Source of the DNA: Octopus sinensis
Taxonomy: Eukaryota
DNA length: 64,000 nucleotides
Direction of reading: 5' to 3'
Assembly: GCF_006345805.1 (NCBI RefSeq)
Contig: NC_043001.1
Location: 35,402,001 to 35,466,000, forward strand
Shown here piece by piece: positions 13,565 to 27,400 of the stretch (its first letter is position 1; the number at the start of each line of letters is the position of its first letter). The position numbers and the translations under genes are program-made. The notes below the pieces were generated by a model. That model was given only the letters and a program-made list of their open reading frames with translations. It was not told where the DNA came from and ran no database searches.

Positions 13565-13800
13565 TACTGTTGTTGATATTATTCTCATCATCAAAATAAG
13601 TAATAGTAGTAGTAGTCGCCGTAGTAGTAGATAAAAAAGAAAAGGAAGATAATGATCATGATGATCATGATGATGGTCATTTTGATGAGGATGCTGATGT
13701 TGATGATCATGATCATGGTGGCTAGTGGTGGTGGTGATGGTGGCGGTAGTGTTGGTGATCATGATCATGATGGTAACGATGACGACGGTGATGATCTGTT
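13285..13800. repeat. Compound trinucleotide low-complexity tract (ATT/ATC/ACT/GAT/GGT)
   Basis: Successive trinucleotide runs. Confidence 0.9.
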
Positions 13801-15739
13801 ATGTTTTATTTCTTTTATCTTGGTTGACAGGCAAATTTGATACATTTATTATTTCATTCCTTGCATGTATGTATGTTATTGTGTTTTTGTATGCATGCAT
13901 ATATACATATATATATATGTGCATGCGTGTATACATGTATGTTGTTTACCACTTCCGAATGACCTGGTGACGTGTAATAACCAGTAACAGAATACACGGA
14001 AGAGAATATTGATAATGGCAATGAGGATAATAAACGTTAGGTAGAAGAACTAGAAAGGAAGGAGAAAAACATATCAGGATAAAAAGATATAATGGCATAT
14101 AAAAGGGAAAAAAAAACTATTAGCAAAAAATAAAACAGCAAGAAAATCCCACAATAAAGACCAATAAAATGTATAAAAAAAAACCTCCTAGATAATACAT
14201 GAAATAAGTATAAATATATAATTGAGGGAATCTTCAGAAAATGAAAACATAATGTCATATGATTCGAAATTGGAGTAATTTTTGTCAGGGGTAAACGGTG
14301 TTGACTTTGGAATCTTATTGCAGAAATTATCTTCCTGTCTTCCTATCTTCCTATGCTGCCAGCATATATCAAATTATGCCAGCGACAAATTTGAATGATT
14401 ACAGACATGCGTTAGCATACGTTCATTGGCCACGTAGATATTTCACATACAATTTTTTTTACAGATACTCATACCACCAACGACACACGCATAAATACAC
14501 ACATACATACACACTCACACGCACAAATATATACATATATGTATATGGAGAGATGTACAATAGATTTGATGTCATTCGCACAATCTCCTCCCTATATAGC
14601 CACCTCTCACGTTCCCGACATATATATATATATACATTTGTATATTGTATATACATATATATATATATTATATATATACATTCATATGTACATATGTATA
14701 TATGTAGATATGTGCATATATATTAATATATATATTATATATATTTATATATATGTATATATATGTATGTATGTATATATGTATATATATACATGTATAT
14801 TTGTACACTTATATATATATGTATATATATGTATTTATATATATGCATGTATATATGTACGTGTATATACATATACATACATAAATATATTATGGGTGTG
14901 TATATGTGTGTGTCTGTAGGTGAGTGGCGTGTAAGCGTGTGCGTGTGACAGTTTATGCGAAGGCAATTTTTATTTAACTCCGTACCATTTCTCCAGACTT
15001 GACATGTTATTTTTACTGAGATGACATGTCGACATGTCTATTTACTTGTGACATATATACCCCACCAAATTCCGCTAATTTTTCCTTCTATTCTCTCACT
15101 TTCAAGTTTTTCTCATTTTCTCTTTCTCACTCTCTCAATTTCATTCTCCCTCTTTATCTGTCTCTCACTATCTCTCTGCCTCTGCCTCTGTCAATCGCTT
15201 TCTGCCTTTATATACACACACAGTTATACAAATACATTTGTGTAGTTATCTGTGTGTATAAATGATATATAGTTTTATATACATATATGTGTGTGTGTTC
15301 GTGTGTTTGTGTGTGTTCGTGTGTATGTGTCTATGTGTGTGAGTGCGTGTTTGCGTGGAGTTGGGTGGATCACAATTAAAGATCGCATGAAGTTTGTGAA
15401 ATAGCGACCGAACCGTCATATCGACAATAACAATACTATCTTACAAACGTGGACCAGTATTGATTCTTAACTAATACATCTTAGTAAGTATTCTCCACAT
15501 AACGTTTGTTTGACATATATGTACACAGATGTAGATGCACGGAAACAAGCCAACATATAAATATATATGTAGGGGTGGTGCATGTGTATGCGGGTGTGTA
15601 TATATATGCATATATGTATACATATACATATATGTATTTATATACATATACATATACATATTTTATATACATATATATGTATATATATATATGTATGTAC
15701 ATATATATATATACACACACACACACCATATATATATAT

Positions 15740-15825
<86 letters not shown>

Positions 15826-16186
15826 AATAAGAAAATGGGGAAATACACCTTAATCAATAATCAACTACCAGATAATACCCTATCACATAATTTATTAAAC
15901 CACTACATATGAACATCAAGGTCAAACATAATAGTATAGAACCAACAAGGGACATCAATGAGTAATATGATACAATAAGTACAATATGTATAAGTGAATA
16001 TAAATAAATAAATATAAATATAAACTACATCTTACAGCTTTTTCAGCCATGCAGATATGGGTATCCCATGGTGGTTTGCACTCACAACCCCTATCTCAAT
16101 TTATATATATGCGTATATATATATTATATATATATATATTATATAGATATATATATATATATATATACATTTATATATATATTATA

Positions 16187-17260
16187 TAACGGGAAGCTTT
16201 ATGAAAATAGACAAAAGACGAAGGCAGGTGAAAACAAACAAACAATTGTATTAGTATGGCGCTCAGGAAATATAAATAAAACAAGTCTTTAACGTTTCGA
16301 GCCTACGCTCTTCAACAGAAAGATACACAGAGAGAAAAAAAACACAGAAAGAAGGAGAGAAAAAAAATGCGTGCAGTAACTAACGAATCAACATGGCGAT
16401 CTGATTTCGGCCAGAGGTCAAAGATCAAACATGAGACGCGAGAACGAAATAAGGGGAGATAATAGGGTTGAATGACCAGCTATTAAGGCGTAGGAGAGGT
16501 CTGGACGTGTGTATGTATAGGGTTGGTGTATGTATTAGTATGTATTAGTATGTATAAGGGTGTGTGTGTGTGTGTGTGTGGTATGAGAGAGTATTAGTGC
16601 GTAGGATAGTCTGGACGTGGCGTATGTATGGGGTTGGTGTATGTATTAGTTTTATTAGTATGCTTAGTACGAATTAGTATGTATAAGTGTGTGTGTGTGG
16701 GTGTGTATGAGAGAGTATATGCGTATGAGGGGTCTGGACGTGTGTATGTATAGGGTTGGTGTATGTATTAGTATGTATTAGTATGTATTAGTACGTATTA
16801 GTATGTATTAGTTGGTGTATGTATTAGTATGGCACATCATATATGATTGTGATGTTAAAGTCTGTGGTGTAGTGAGGAGAAGAGGGGGAGGGGGAGAAGA
16901 GGGGGGTAGAAGGGGAGGGGAAGAAGAGGGGGAGGAGAGGGGGAAGAGGAGAGGAGGGGAGATAGGAGGGGGAGATAGGAGGGGAGAAGGAAGGGGAGGA
17001 GGAGGGGGGAAGGAGGAAAGAGCGAGAGGGGGAGAGAGAAGGGGAGTGAGGAACAAATTGAATATATGTATATAACAAATTGAAGTTGCAAGGTACCGCA
17101 CGAGTGGAAATATATATGAAAGAAGGTTTAAAAATGCAATTTTAAAATGTGTTTATTCACCTGACTGGTTTCACATTTTTAGAAAAAGATTGTCAAAAGT
17201 AAAATGTAAAGCTTTGTGTAAGATTTGTTGTGTTAAGCACTGCTTGTCACAGACGTATTA
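16187..17260 (-). mobile_element. Penelope-type 3' region: hammerhead tail, tandem ~115-bp GT-rich repeats, purine tract, possible ORF-end remnant
   Basis: 16187-16330 is homologous to 22724-22845 and 28255-28390; weak IFKPS remnant near 17130 resembles PLE C-termini; the extent beyond 16500 is uncertain. Confidence 0.55.
16286..16323 (-). ncRNA. Minimal hammerhead fold with CUGUUGA (A6U) core
   Basis: TCTTT-CTGTTGA-A-GAGC(GTAG)GCTC-GAAA-C-GT-T/AAAGA: perfect stems I and II, palindromic AACGTT stem III. Confidence 0.6.
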
Positions 17261-17920
17261 AAATACAAATATAAATTCTTTGATAACTATTATGGGCGTG
17301 TATTTATATATAAAATAATAAATATATGTATTTATATATAGTAATATATGTATGTATATAGTTTTGTGCAAGAGAAGGCTATTTTGTTTACATTCATAAT
17401 GTAACTATAGAAGCCTCTAGAAATGTGTGATGAAGTGTTCTATAAGACGTCTACTTCTCATGGCCGTCCCCCAGTTGCGCCGCAGTCAATGACTGAAGCA
17501 AGTATATGACAAAAGATAATGATATAGTCTTATCCCGTTAAAGCTAGATTAGGAAAATTGCCGTAAGCTCCTTCCGGATCTCGAACCAGTCATGCAGTTG
17601 TAGTGAACACATTACAAAATAAGTTCAGAATCTATTAAAATTTCGCTCGCACACAGCTGCTGTTAAGGATGACGAAAACTGCCATTGCCATCTATATGTA
17701 TATCATTATTCAGTTTTATTTCAAAATTTCATACCAATAGAGAAAGAGCCGGTTTCTATCCTAGATCCAAGGCTCCTTTATTGGAATTTCAACATCAGCA
17801 ACAGGGTATGCATGCATGCATGCATGCATGCATGCATGCATGTATGTATGTATGTATGTATGTATGTATGTATGTATGTATGTATGTATGTATGTATGTA
17901 TGTTGTTGTTGTTGACTTGT

Positions 17921-18252
17921 TGACCCCCTTCGGTCACGACACTGACCATGGGATTGCACCTAGAAAGTTACCCTCCTAGTCATAAGTCTGGGCAAGGTGG
18001 TTTATGGAAGACCAGCAGTCACCCATGCATACCGGCCTCCCCTCTCCACGCCACCAGTGTTATCCAAGGGAAAGGCAACGGCCGATACAGCTTGGCACCT
18101 GTGACGTCGCAACTCATTTCTACAGCTGAGTGAACTGAAGCAACGTGAAATAAAGTGTCTTGCTCAAGAACACAACACGCAACCCGGTCTGGGATTCGAG
18201 CTCACAACCTCACGATCGTAAGCTCGACGCTCTAACCATTGAGCCATGCGCC
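17921..18252 (-). mobile_element. SINE family C, near full length, inside an (ATAC)n tract
   Basis: tRNA-like head GGCGCATGGCTCAATGGTTAGAGCG..GAGCTCGAATCCC; highly similar to 43891-44222. Confidence 0.9.
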
Positions 18253-18367
18253 TTCATGTATGTATGTATGTATGTATTTATGTATGTATAAGTGTAAGTT
18301 TGTATGTTTTCTTTTATGTATGTATTTTCATGCATATAATTGCATATATAGATATGCTCATATATAC

Positions 18368-18948
18368 TTAAATGAACTTCTGGAAAGTTTTACAAATGTT
18401 TACAGTTCCAGTGCTGGATTGGATCTGTTGTCTTCGAATCAGCTTTCTCCTTCCTGGTTTTGAGAAGCCTAATTTCTCAAAATTGGTATTTAGGCAGTGT
18501 CTCACATATCCCGGTGTCCCAATAATTACAGGTATAAACCTGAACCTGTAATCTGGATAGAGTTACTGCAGATTTCTCAATATCTCAAGGTAGATATTCT
18601 CTTTTCCATTGATTTTCAGCTTTATCTTAACATCCGCCGGGCAGCTAATTTCCACCACTGTACACAGTTTCTCTTCTCTATCCCAAATCATTATCTCAGG
18701 TCTGTTGCGCTTACCTTTTATTGAGGTCTTCACTAGTACATTCCACCAGTATTCCTTTTTATTATGAGTAGCTATGGCTTCTACCATACTGTGTGTTCTT
18801 ATTTCTTGTCCACGCAGTAATGCTTCCGACGGATTTCATTATAGAGTATTCTAGCTACACCACCATATCTCATCTGTAGATAATACCGTGATGACATTTT
18901 AGGACGACTGCCTATGATGTGTATTATATATTCGGTGTTACCTGGAAA
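18368..18948 (-). mobile_element. Dong/R4-clade non-LTR retrotransposon 3' fragment (zinc-knuckle end and restriction-like endonuclease), degenerate
   Basis: Translation THIIGSRPKMSSRYY..EYWWNVLVKTSIKGKRNRPEIMIWDREEKLCTVVEISCPADV..KENIY..RNLQ*LYPDYRFRFIPVIIG..GTVNICKTFQKFI* is a typical PD-(D/E)xK RLE C-terminus. Confidence 0.85.
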
Positions 18949-19017
18949 AAGTATGCATCAGTTGTAACATGTTACTGTTTTTTCTACATTTCTATCCCTT
19001 TTATGCATTATGTAATT

Positions 19018-19492
19018 GTGTACAGTATGGTGTGAAATTACAGTGATGAGATAGTTGGGCGCCTTATTTCTTTGAGGACGATGACTGGTGAGCGGTGCAG
19101 ATCCATGATCGAGAACTTTTTCGCACCCAGTCATTCAAAATAGGCTGTTAAGTGGTTCCAGCAAGATGACGCAACTTCTCATACTGCATGGGAGACAATA
19201 CAGTTGTTGAGGCAATATTTTGGAGAAAGGATCATCTCTCGCTACTGCGATGTCAACTGGTCATCGCGTTCCCCAGACTTGACCAGACCCTGACTTGTGG
19301 GAATACCTCAAGGAGAAGGTTCATGTTAACAAACCAGAAACTTTGGAGCGATTGAAGGAGAATATTACTAGAGAAATCAGGGAACTGAACCCTGAAATCC
19401 TTACAGCTGTCATGAAACATATTTTGGAAAGAGCACAGATGTGTAAAGCTGAAAATGGTTGGCATTTAAAAGATGTCATTTTTCATACGTAA
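19018..19492 (+). mobile_element. Tc1/mariner-superfamily transposase C-terminal pseudogene fragment
   Basis: TVWCEI..PYFFED..WFQQDDATSHTA..WSSRSPDLT..WEYLKEKVHVNKPETLERLKENI..GWHLKDVIFHT*, with frameshifts. Confidence 0.9.
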
Positions 19493-19827
19493 TGTAAAGG
19501 AATGATGAAAAACGATTAATTCAAATTAATCTCCAGTATCTCCTCTATATTGAATTAAAATGTCATACACCTATTTGTAAAAATAAGGGAGGTATTAAAA
19601 ATTAAATCCATCATCAACACAATCTGCAGCATTGCAGTACGTAATCCCCCTTACGAATTGTTGTTTGATCCTTTCTTTAATTTTCATCTCGAAGCCTATG
19701 GATTTGCAAACGGTTTATACAAAATTTTAAGAGCATTAAACTCGTTTGATTCTATAAGCGAACGATTTTGATTATGAATTAGGCCTCACTAATTCAGACA
19801 GCATAAAATAGATAGATAGATAAATAG

Positions 19828-20298
19828 ATATGTTTCTTTATTAGCCACACAGGGCTGCACGCAGATAGAACAAATTACAAGGTAGAGCTTTTCTTTTGGG
19901 GGTAAAAAAAAGAGAGTGGTGGTTTTCGATCAAAAGGGATCGTAAAAGGAAAGAAAAAGGACAAAAAAAGGGAGGGGTTAAAAAAAGGGGGGGAGACAAA
20001 AAAATTTTTTAAATAATAGGGATCGTTATCACAGAAATGTCAATATGAAGTGTAAAGGGGAGGACAGGTGAGGTTTACCCGTGGAAAGAAAAGCCTACGG
20101 AAAAGACCACGGTAACCTCGGTCAATGAAGTCACATGTTATATTTCTTTTTTTTTTTTCTGCAAATAAGCAACTCTCTGTATTAATTTTTATGGTTCATA
20201 GAATCATAGTCAAGGTGGCTTCGTCATTCATACGTGCCATCCTTGCTACATTCACCCATCTTTTTTTAAAACATTCACTAGACAAAACTTGCCTCTCA

Positions 20299-20299
<1 letters not shown>
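19828..20299 (-). mobile_element. 5'-truncated Tx1/L1-like LINE with complete 3' end
   Basis: ERQVLSSECFKKRWVNVARMARMNDEATLTMIL*, then a 3' UTR ending GCCCTGTGTGGCTAATAAAGAAACATATC and a TATC-like tail. Confidence 0.75.
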
Positions 20300-20383
<84 letters not shown>

Positions 20384-20386
20384 CAA

Positions 20387-20443
<57 letters not shown>

Positions 20444-20446
20444 CAA

Positions 20447-20533
<87 letters not shown>

Positions 20534-20534
20534 T
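20299..20534. repeat. (AGAT)n microsatellite, ~59 units
   Basis: Nearly perfect run abutting the LINE 5' junction. Confidence 0.95.
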
Positions 20535-20869
20535 GCATACGTGTATATGTATGTACACACATACATCCATACATACATATTTATGTGTATATTGGTGAAA
20601 ACTATTTATAGAGTTTTAAAATAGTTTGATAATATCATCCATGATTTTAATAAGCGAACATCTATTACATATAATTCCCTTCATTCATTTTATTAAAATT
20701 CTATTACTTCTGTCTTTCGGATTGTATTTATTATCCATACCACACTGTGTATGGTATAAAGACTTAAGACCACTCTTATTTTATCTGTTCATCAGGTAAC
20801 GGTGTCCCCCGCACCCACCTGAGTTTGAACTGAAGTTAGTTCGTACACACTGCTCTACTGCTGTTGTTA

Positions 20870-20942
<73 letters not shown>

Positions 20943-21091
20943 ACTGCCGACGACACTTTTTTTACTTCTAGTGTCGATGTAATCAACTTACTCCCTCCCA
21001 CGAAATTGCTGTCATTGTATCCAAATCTAAAACCAATATTTCTTTTTTAATCAATCTTATTTAATATCTATCATCTCATTCTTCTCTTCTT

Positions 21092-21136
<45 letters not shown>

Positions 21137-21666
21137 TCACACACACACACACTTTCTCTCCCTTTCTCTGAAATTTCACTGTTTCTCACATTAAGGTTCT
21201 ATCTATTTTCCCCCAACTTTTTCACTCCTTCTCCTCACCCTTTCTCATCCTTCCCTACTCCACCGTATCCACAAATACAACCAACATTACAGTCATCACC
21301 ACAATAAAGACGAATGTCAAATCTACCACAACACTATTACTTCAAAAAACAGCATCAACACCGCCATCGCCGCCACCACACTGGCCAATAATGCTAACAC
21401 CGCCATCACCGTCATCATAAACCAACAGTAATATGTATAATTATAAATGTCTTTGGATTTGGTTTGCAAGATTCTTATGTGAGTAATGAAGCACTAAAAG
21501 ACAATGGCTCTCCCCAGACACAACGAAATATGAAGGTGTATTTATGTGTCAAGTCACTCAAACTATTCTAAAACTTTACAAATAATTTTCACCAATGTAC
21601 ACTTACAGATGTATGTATTGATGTATGTATGTGTATACATACATATACACGTATGGATATCTATCC

Positions 21667-21744
<78 letters not shown>

Positions 21745-22022
21745 ATATATATATATATATTATATATATATATATATACATACATACATAAAATAAATAT
21801 ATATATATATATATATACGTATAAATGTATAAGTATATTTGTGTATGTATATATTTTTAATACATACACATACACACACAAATATACATATGCATATATA
21901 CGTATACATGTATATATGTATTTGTGTATATATATGAACAGAGGGAAAGTCATCATAAAGATCGATAGACAAAGAGATACATAAATTGATAAACGGATGC
22001 ACACGTATATATTGATATAAAC

Positions 22023-22069
<47 letters not shown>

Positions 22070-22348
22070 AAATATACAGACACACGCACACAAACACACA
22101 TGCACATACGCACACACAAATACAGACATTATATACCTATATGTGTGTATAAGTACGAATGTATCGATCCATTGATCTGTCTGTCCGTTTACACTGCATT
22201 CCCTCCCTTTTTTTTTTAACGTGAAGCTCCTCTGTGTCATGCTCTAAATTTTCCTTTCATCTTTGCTTCCCTTTCATCTTTCTAATCTAATTTCACACAC
22301 AAACCCACATCATAAGTATCATCATCACCTTCATGATCATAATGTTAA

Positions 22349-22382
<34 letters not shown>

Positions 22383-22660
22383 TATCACCATCGTCGTCAT
22401 ACCTTTCTTTCCCTGATAATCTTCCTGTATCAAGTATTTTCTTTAGCGCTGCCAATTTCTCTCGTGATCTTATCTTTTTTTTTTTTTGTCTTTTTCGTGC
22501 AAGGTTTTTTTCAGTTTTTTCATTGTTTGACATATCAGCACCTAATGAACTTTCAACAACCGTCACCGCAGTAACATGCAATATATTCGATGAAATCCAC
22601 TGAGTCCTTATATAATATATATATATATATTATATATATATATATATATATAATGATATA

Positions 22661-22708
<48 letters not shown>

Positions 22709-22723
22709 TATATTACATTTAGT

Positions 22724-22845
22724 GCGTAGGCTCGAAACGTAAAAGACTTGTTCTATTTCTATTCCTGTGCGCCATACTAATACATTTGTTTGTTGTACTC
22801 CACCTGCCTTCGTCTTTTGTTTATTTTCGTAAACCTTCCCGTTAT
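22724..22845 (+). mobile_element. Penelope-type tail fragment with truncated hammerhead (stem II to stem I')
   Basis: GCGTAGGCTCGAAACGTAAAAGAC..CACCTGCCTTCGTCTTTTG..CCCGTTATA, same family as 16187-16330; flanked by (TA)n. Confidence 0.75.
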
Positions 22846-22886
22846 ATATATATATATATACATATTATATATATACATACATATAG

Positions 22887-23118
22887 AAGGCGGCGAGCTG
22901 GCAGAAACGTTAGCACGCCAGGCGAAATGCGTTGCCGTATTTCGTCTGCCGTTACGTTCCGAGTTCAAATTCCGCCGAGGTCGACTTTGCCTTTCATCCT
23001 TCCGGGGTCAATAAATTAAGTACCAGTTACGCACTGGGGTCGATGTAATCGACTTAATCCCTTTGTCTGTCCTTGTTTGTCTCCTCTGTGTTTAACCCGT
23101 TGTGGGTAGTAAAGAAAT
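22887..23118 (+). mobile_element. SINE family B, full length, tail type 1
   Basis: GGCGGCGAGCTGGCAGAAACG head, GAGTTCAAATTC B-box, core, and tail ending GTGGGTAGTAAAGAAATA. Confidence 0.92.
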
Positions 23119-23309
23119 ATATATATACCTATTGGAAGGTTTGGAGATGATGCACAGGTATTTTATATTAGAAGAAATGAGGTACTCAGAAAATCGGATG
23201 GTTTATATTTACAGATATTTATTTGTATATTACATGTTTTTATACATCATATAACTTAGATCATGTATTAGCGCTTTCTCCCATTCTAGTGGGGTTTTCA
23301 AATCAAACG

Positions 23310-23394
<85 letters not shown>

Positions 23395-23593
23395 GCTTTA
23401 TGCATTAGATCATGTATAGCGCTTTCTCCCATTCTAGTGGGGTTTTCAAATAAAAACGTATATATGTATATATATATGTGTGTGTGTGTCTGTATGCATA
23501 TTTATATTTATATATATGTATGTATATATGTATATAATATAGGTATGCATGTATATATATATATATATATAGTATATATATATATATACATAT

Positions 23594-24003
23594 AGGTGCA
23601 GGAGTGGCCTTGTGGTAGGAAGTTTGCTTATCAACTACATAATTCCGGGTTGAGTCCCACTGCGTGACACCTTGGGCAAGTGTCTTCTACTATAACCTCT
23701 ACTATAGCCTCTGAGTGGATTTGGTAGACAGAAACTGAAAGCTGAAAGAAACCCGTCGTAGATATGCATATATATATATGTATGTGTGTGTCTGTTTGTG
23801 TGTCTGAGTTTGCCCCCCAACGTCGCTTGACAACCGATGCTGGTATGTTTACGTCCCCATAACTTAGCGGTTCGGCAAAAGGCACCGATAGAATAAGTAC
23901 TAGGCTTACAAAGAATAAGTCCTGGGGTCGATTTGCTCGACTAATGTCGGTGCTCCAGCATGACCGCAGTCAAATGACTGAAACATGTAAAAGAGTAAAG
24001 AGT
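23594..24003 (+). mobile_element. SINE family A, full length
   Basis: Head, internal microsatellite, and 3' half ending GTAAAAGAGTAAAGAG. Confidence 0.9.
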
Positions 24004-24454
24004 ATACACATATACATAAATATGCATCTGTACACCCATCCATACAAAGATATATGTATATACACACACACACACACATTTATATATACATATGTGTATG
24101 TGTGTGTGTTTGTGTGTGTGTGTTTGTGTGTGTATGCATTGTAAAATGTGAACTAGATTTCACACAACATAAACACGCGTAAACTTTTTAGTACCGACAA
24201 AGTAACCGATGATTGACAAGGAAATGCAAGATTCTATGGGAATCACATTATTATACTGAAATTACTTGGATAGTAGTTATTTTGCATTTTACTTACTGAA
24301 GATTATTTGTGTTTTTATTGATTTTTCAGTCGTTTACAAATTTCGTTCTACTCTCTTACTCTCATTGTTCTGGTTATATTAAGGGGAAAACTCGAAAAAT
24401 GGATGCCATTTAGATCTCAATCTATATGTAAACCATTCAGTTCCGATTGCACGC

Positions 24455-27400
24455 AAATACGTATATGCATGTACGTAGATATGTATATGTGTCTGTGTAT
24501 GTATGCATGTATTTATGTATGTATAGGTGTGTATGTATGTCTCTGTGTGCCTGCATGTATGAACGTAGATATGTATATGTGTCTGTGTATGTATGCATCT
24601 ATTTATGTATGTATAGGTGTGTATGTATGTCTCTGTGTATCTGCATGTATGTACGTAGATATGTATATGTGTCTGTGTATGTATGCATCTATTTATGTAT
24701 GTATAGGTGTGTATGTATGTCTCTGTGTATCTGCATGTATGAACGTAGATATGTATATGTGTCTGTGTATGTATGCATGTATTTATGTATGTATAGGTGT
24801 GTATGTATGTCTCTGTGTATCTGCATGTATGAACGTAGATATGTATATGTGTCTGTGTATGTATGCATGTATTTATGTATGTATAGGTGTGTATGTATGT
24901 CTCTGTGTATCTGCATGTATGAACGTAGATATGTATATGTGTCTTGTATGTATGCATGTATTTATGTATGTATAGGTGTGTATGTATGTCTCTGTGTATC
25001 TGCATGTATGAACGTAGATATGTATATGTGTCTGTGTATGTATGCATCTATTTATGTATGTATAGGTGTGTGTATGTCTCTGTGTATCTGCATGTATGAA
25101 CGTAGATATGTATATGTGTCTGTGTATGTATGCATCTATTTATGTATGTATAGTGTGTGTATGTATGTCTCTGTGTATCTGCATGTATGTACGTAGATAT
25201 GTATATGTGTCTGTGTATGTATGCATCTATTTTGTATAGGTGTGTATGTATGTCTCTGTGTATCTGCATGTATGAACGTAGATATGTATATGTGTCTGTG
25301 TATGTATGCATGTATTTATGTATGTATAGGTGTGTATGTATGTCTCTGTGTATCTGCATGTATGAACGTAGATATGTATATGTGTCTGTGTATGTATGCA
25401 TGTATTTATGTATTTATAGGTGTGTATGTATGTCTCTGTGTATCTGCATGTATGAACGTAGATATGTATATGTGTCTGTGTATGCATGTATTTATGTATG
25501 TATAGGTGTGTATGTATGTCTCTGTGTGTCTGCATGTATGAACGTAGATATGTATATGTGTCTGTGTATGTATGCATGTATTTATGTATTTATAGGTGTG
25601 TATGTATGTCTCTGTGTGTCTGCATGTATGAACGTAGATATGTATATGTGTCTGTGTATGTATGCATCTATTTATGTATGTATAGGTGTGTATGTATGTC
25701 TCTGTGTGTCTGCATGTATGAACGTAGATATGTATATGTGTCTGTGTATGTATGCATCTATTTATGTATGTATAGGTGTGTATGTATGTCTCTGTGTGTC
25801 TGCATGTATGAACGTAGATATGTATATGTGTCTGTGTATGTATGCATGTATTTATGTATGTATAGGTGTGTATGTATGTCTCTGTGTGTCTGCATGTATG
25901 AACGTAGATATGTATATGTGTCTGTGTATGTATGCATGTATTTATGTATGTATAGGTGTGTATGTATGTCTCTGTGTGCCTGCATGTATGAACGTAGATA
26001 TGTATATGTGTCTGTGTATGTATGCATCTATTTATGTATGTATAGGTGTGTATGTATGTCTCTGTGTATCTGCATGTATGAACGTAGATATGTATAGTGT
26101 CTGTGTATGTAGCATGTATTTATGTATGTATAGGTGTGTATGTATGTCTCTGTGTATCTGCATGTATGTTACGTAGATATGTATATGTGTCTGTGTATGT
26201 ATGCATGTATTTATGTATGTATAGGTGTGTATGTATGTCTCTGTGTATCTGCATGTATGAACGTAGATATGTATATGTGTCTGTGTATGTATGCATGTAT
26301 TTATGTATGTATCGGGTGTGTTATGTCTCTGTGTATCTGCATTATGAACGTAGATATGTATATGTCTGTGTATGTATGCATGTATTTATGTATGTATAGG
26401 TGTGTATGTATGTCTCTGTGTATCTGCATGTATGAACGTAGATATGTATATGTGTCTGTGTATGTATGCATCTATTTATGTATGTATAGGTGTGTATGTA
26501 TGTCTCTGTGTATCTGCATGTATGAACGTAGATATGTATATGTGTCTGTGTATGTATGCATCTATTTAGTATTAATGTGTGTATGTATGGTGTCTCTGTT
26601 GTATCTGCATGTATGTACGTAGATATGTATATGTGTCTGTGTATGTATGCATCTATTTATGTATGTATAGGTGTGTATGTATGTCTCTGTGTATCTGCAT
26701 GTATGAACGTAGATATGTATATGTGTCTGTGTATGTATGCATGTATTTATGTATGTATAGGTGTGTATGTATGTCTCTGTGTATCTGCATGTATGAACGT
26801 AGATATGTTATGTGTCTGTGTATGTATGCATGTATTTATGTATTTATAGGTGTGTATGTATGTCCTCTGTGTATCTGCATGTATGAACGTAGATATGTAT
26901 ATGTGTCGTGTATGCATGTATTTATGTATGTATAGGTGTGTATGTATGTCTCTGTGTGTCTGCATGTATGAACGTAGATATGTATATGTGTCTGTGTATG
27001 TATGCATGTATTTATGTATTTATAGGTGTGTATGTATGTCTCTGTGTGCTGCAGTATGAACGTAGATATGTATATGTCTGTGTATGTATGCATCTATTTA
27101 TGTATGTATAGGTGTGTATGTATGTCTCTGTGTGTCTGCATGTATGAACGTAGATATGTATAGGTGTCTGTGTATGTATGCATCTATTTATGTATGTATA
27201 GGTGTGTATGTATGTCTCTGTGTGTCCTGCATGTATGAACGTAGATATGTATATGTGTCTGTGTATGTTGCATGTATTTAGTATGTATAGGTGTGTATGT
27301 ATGTCTCTGTGTGTCTGCATGTATGAACGTAGATTGTATATGTGTCTGTGTATGTATGCATGTATTTTGTATGTATAGGTGTGTATGTATGTCTCTGTGT

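Noticed and set aside
24379-26176. ORFs of 190-339 aa on both strands, or a CRISPR-like array
   Set aside because: They arise from the 90-bp tandem unit. There are no unique spacers and no cas genes, and the context is eukaryotic.
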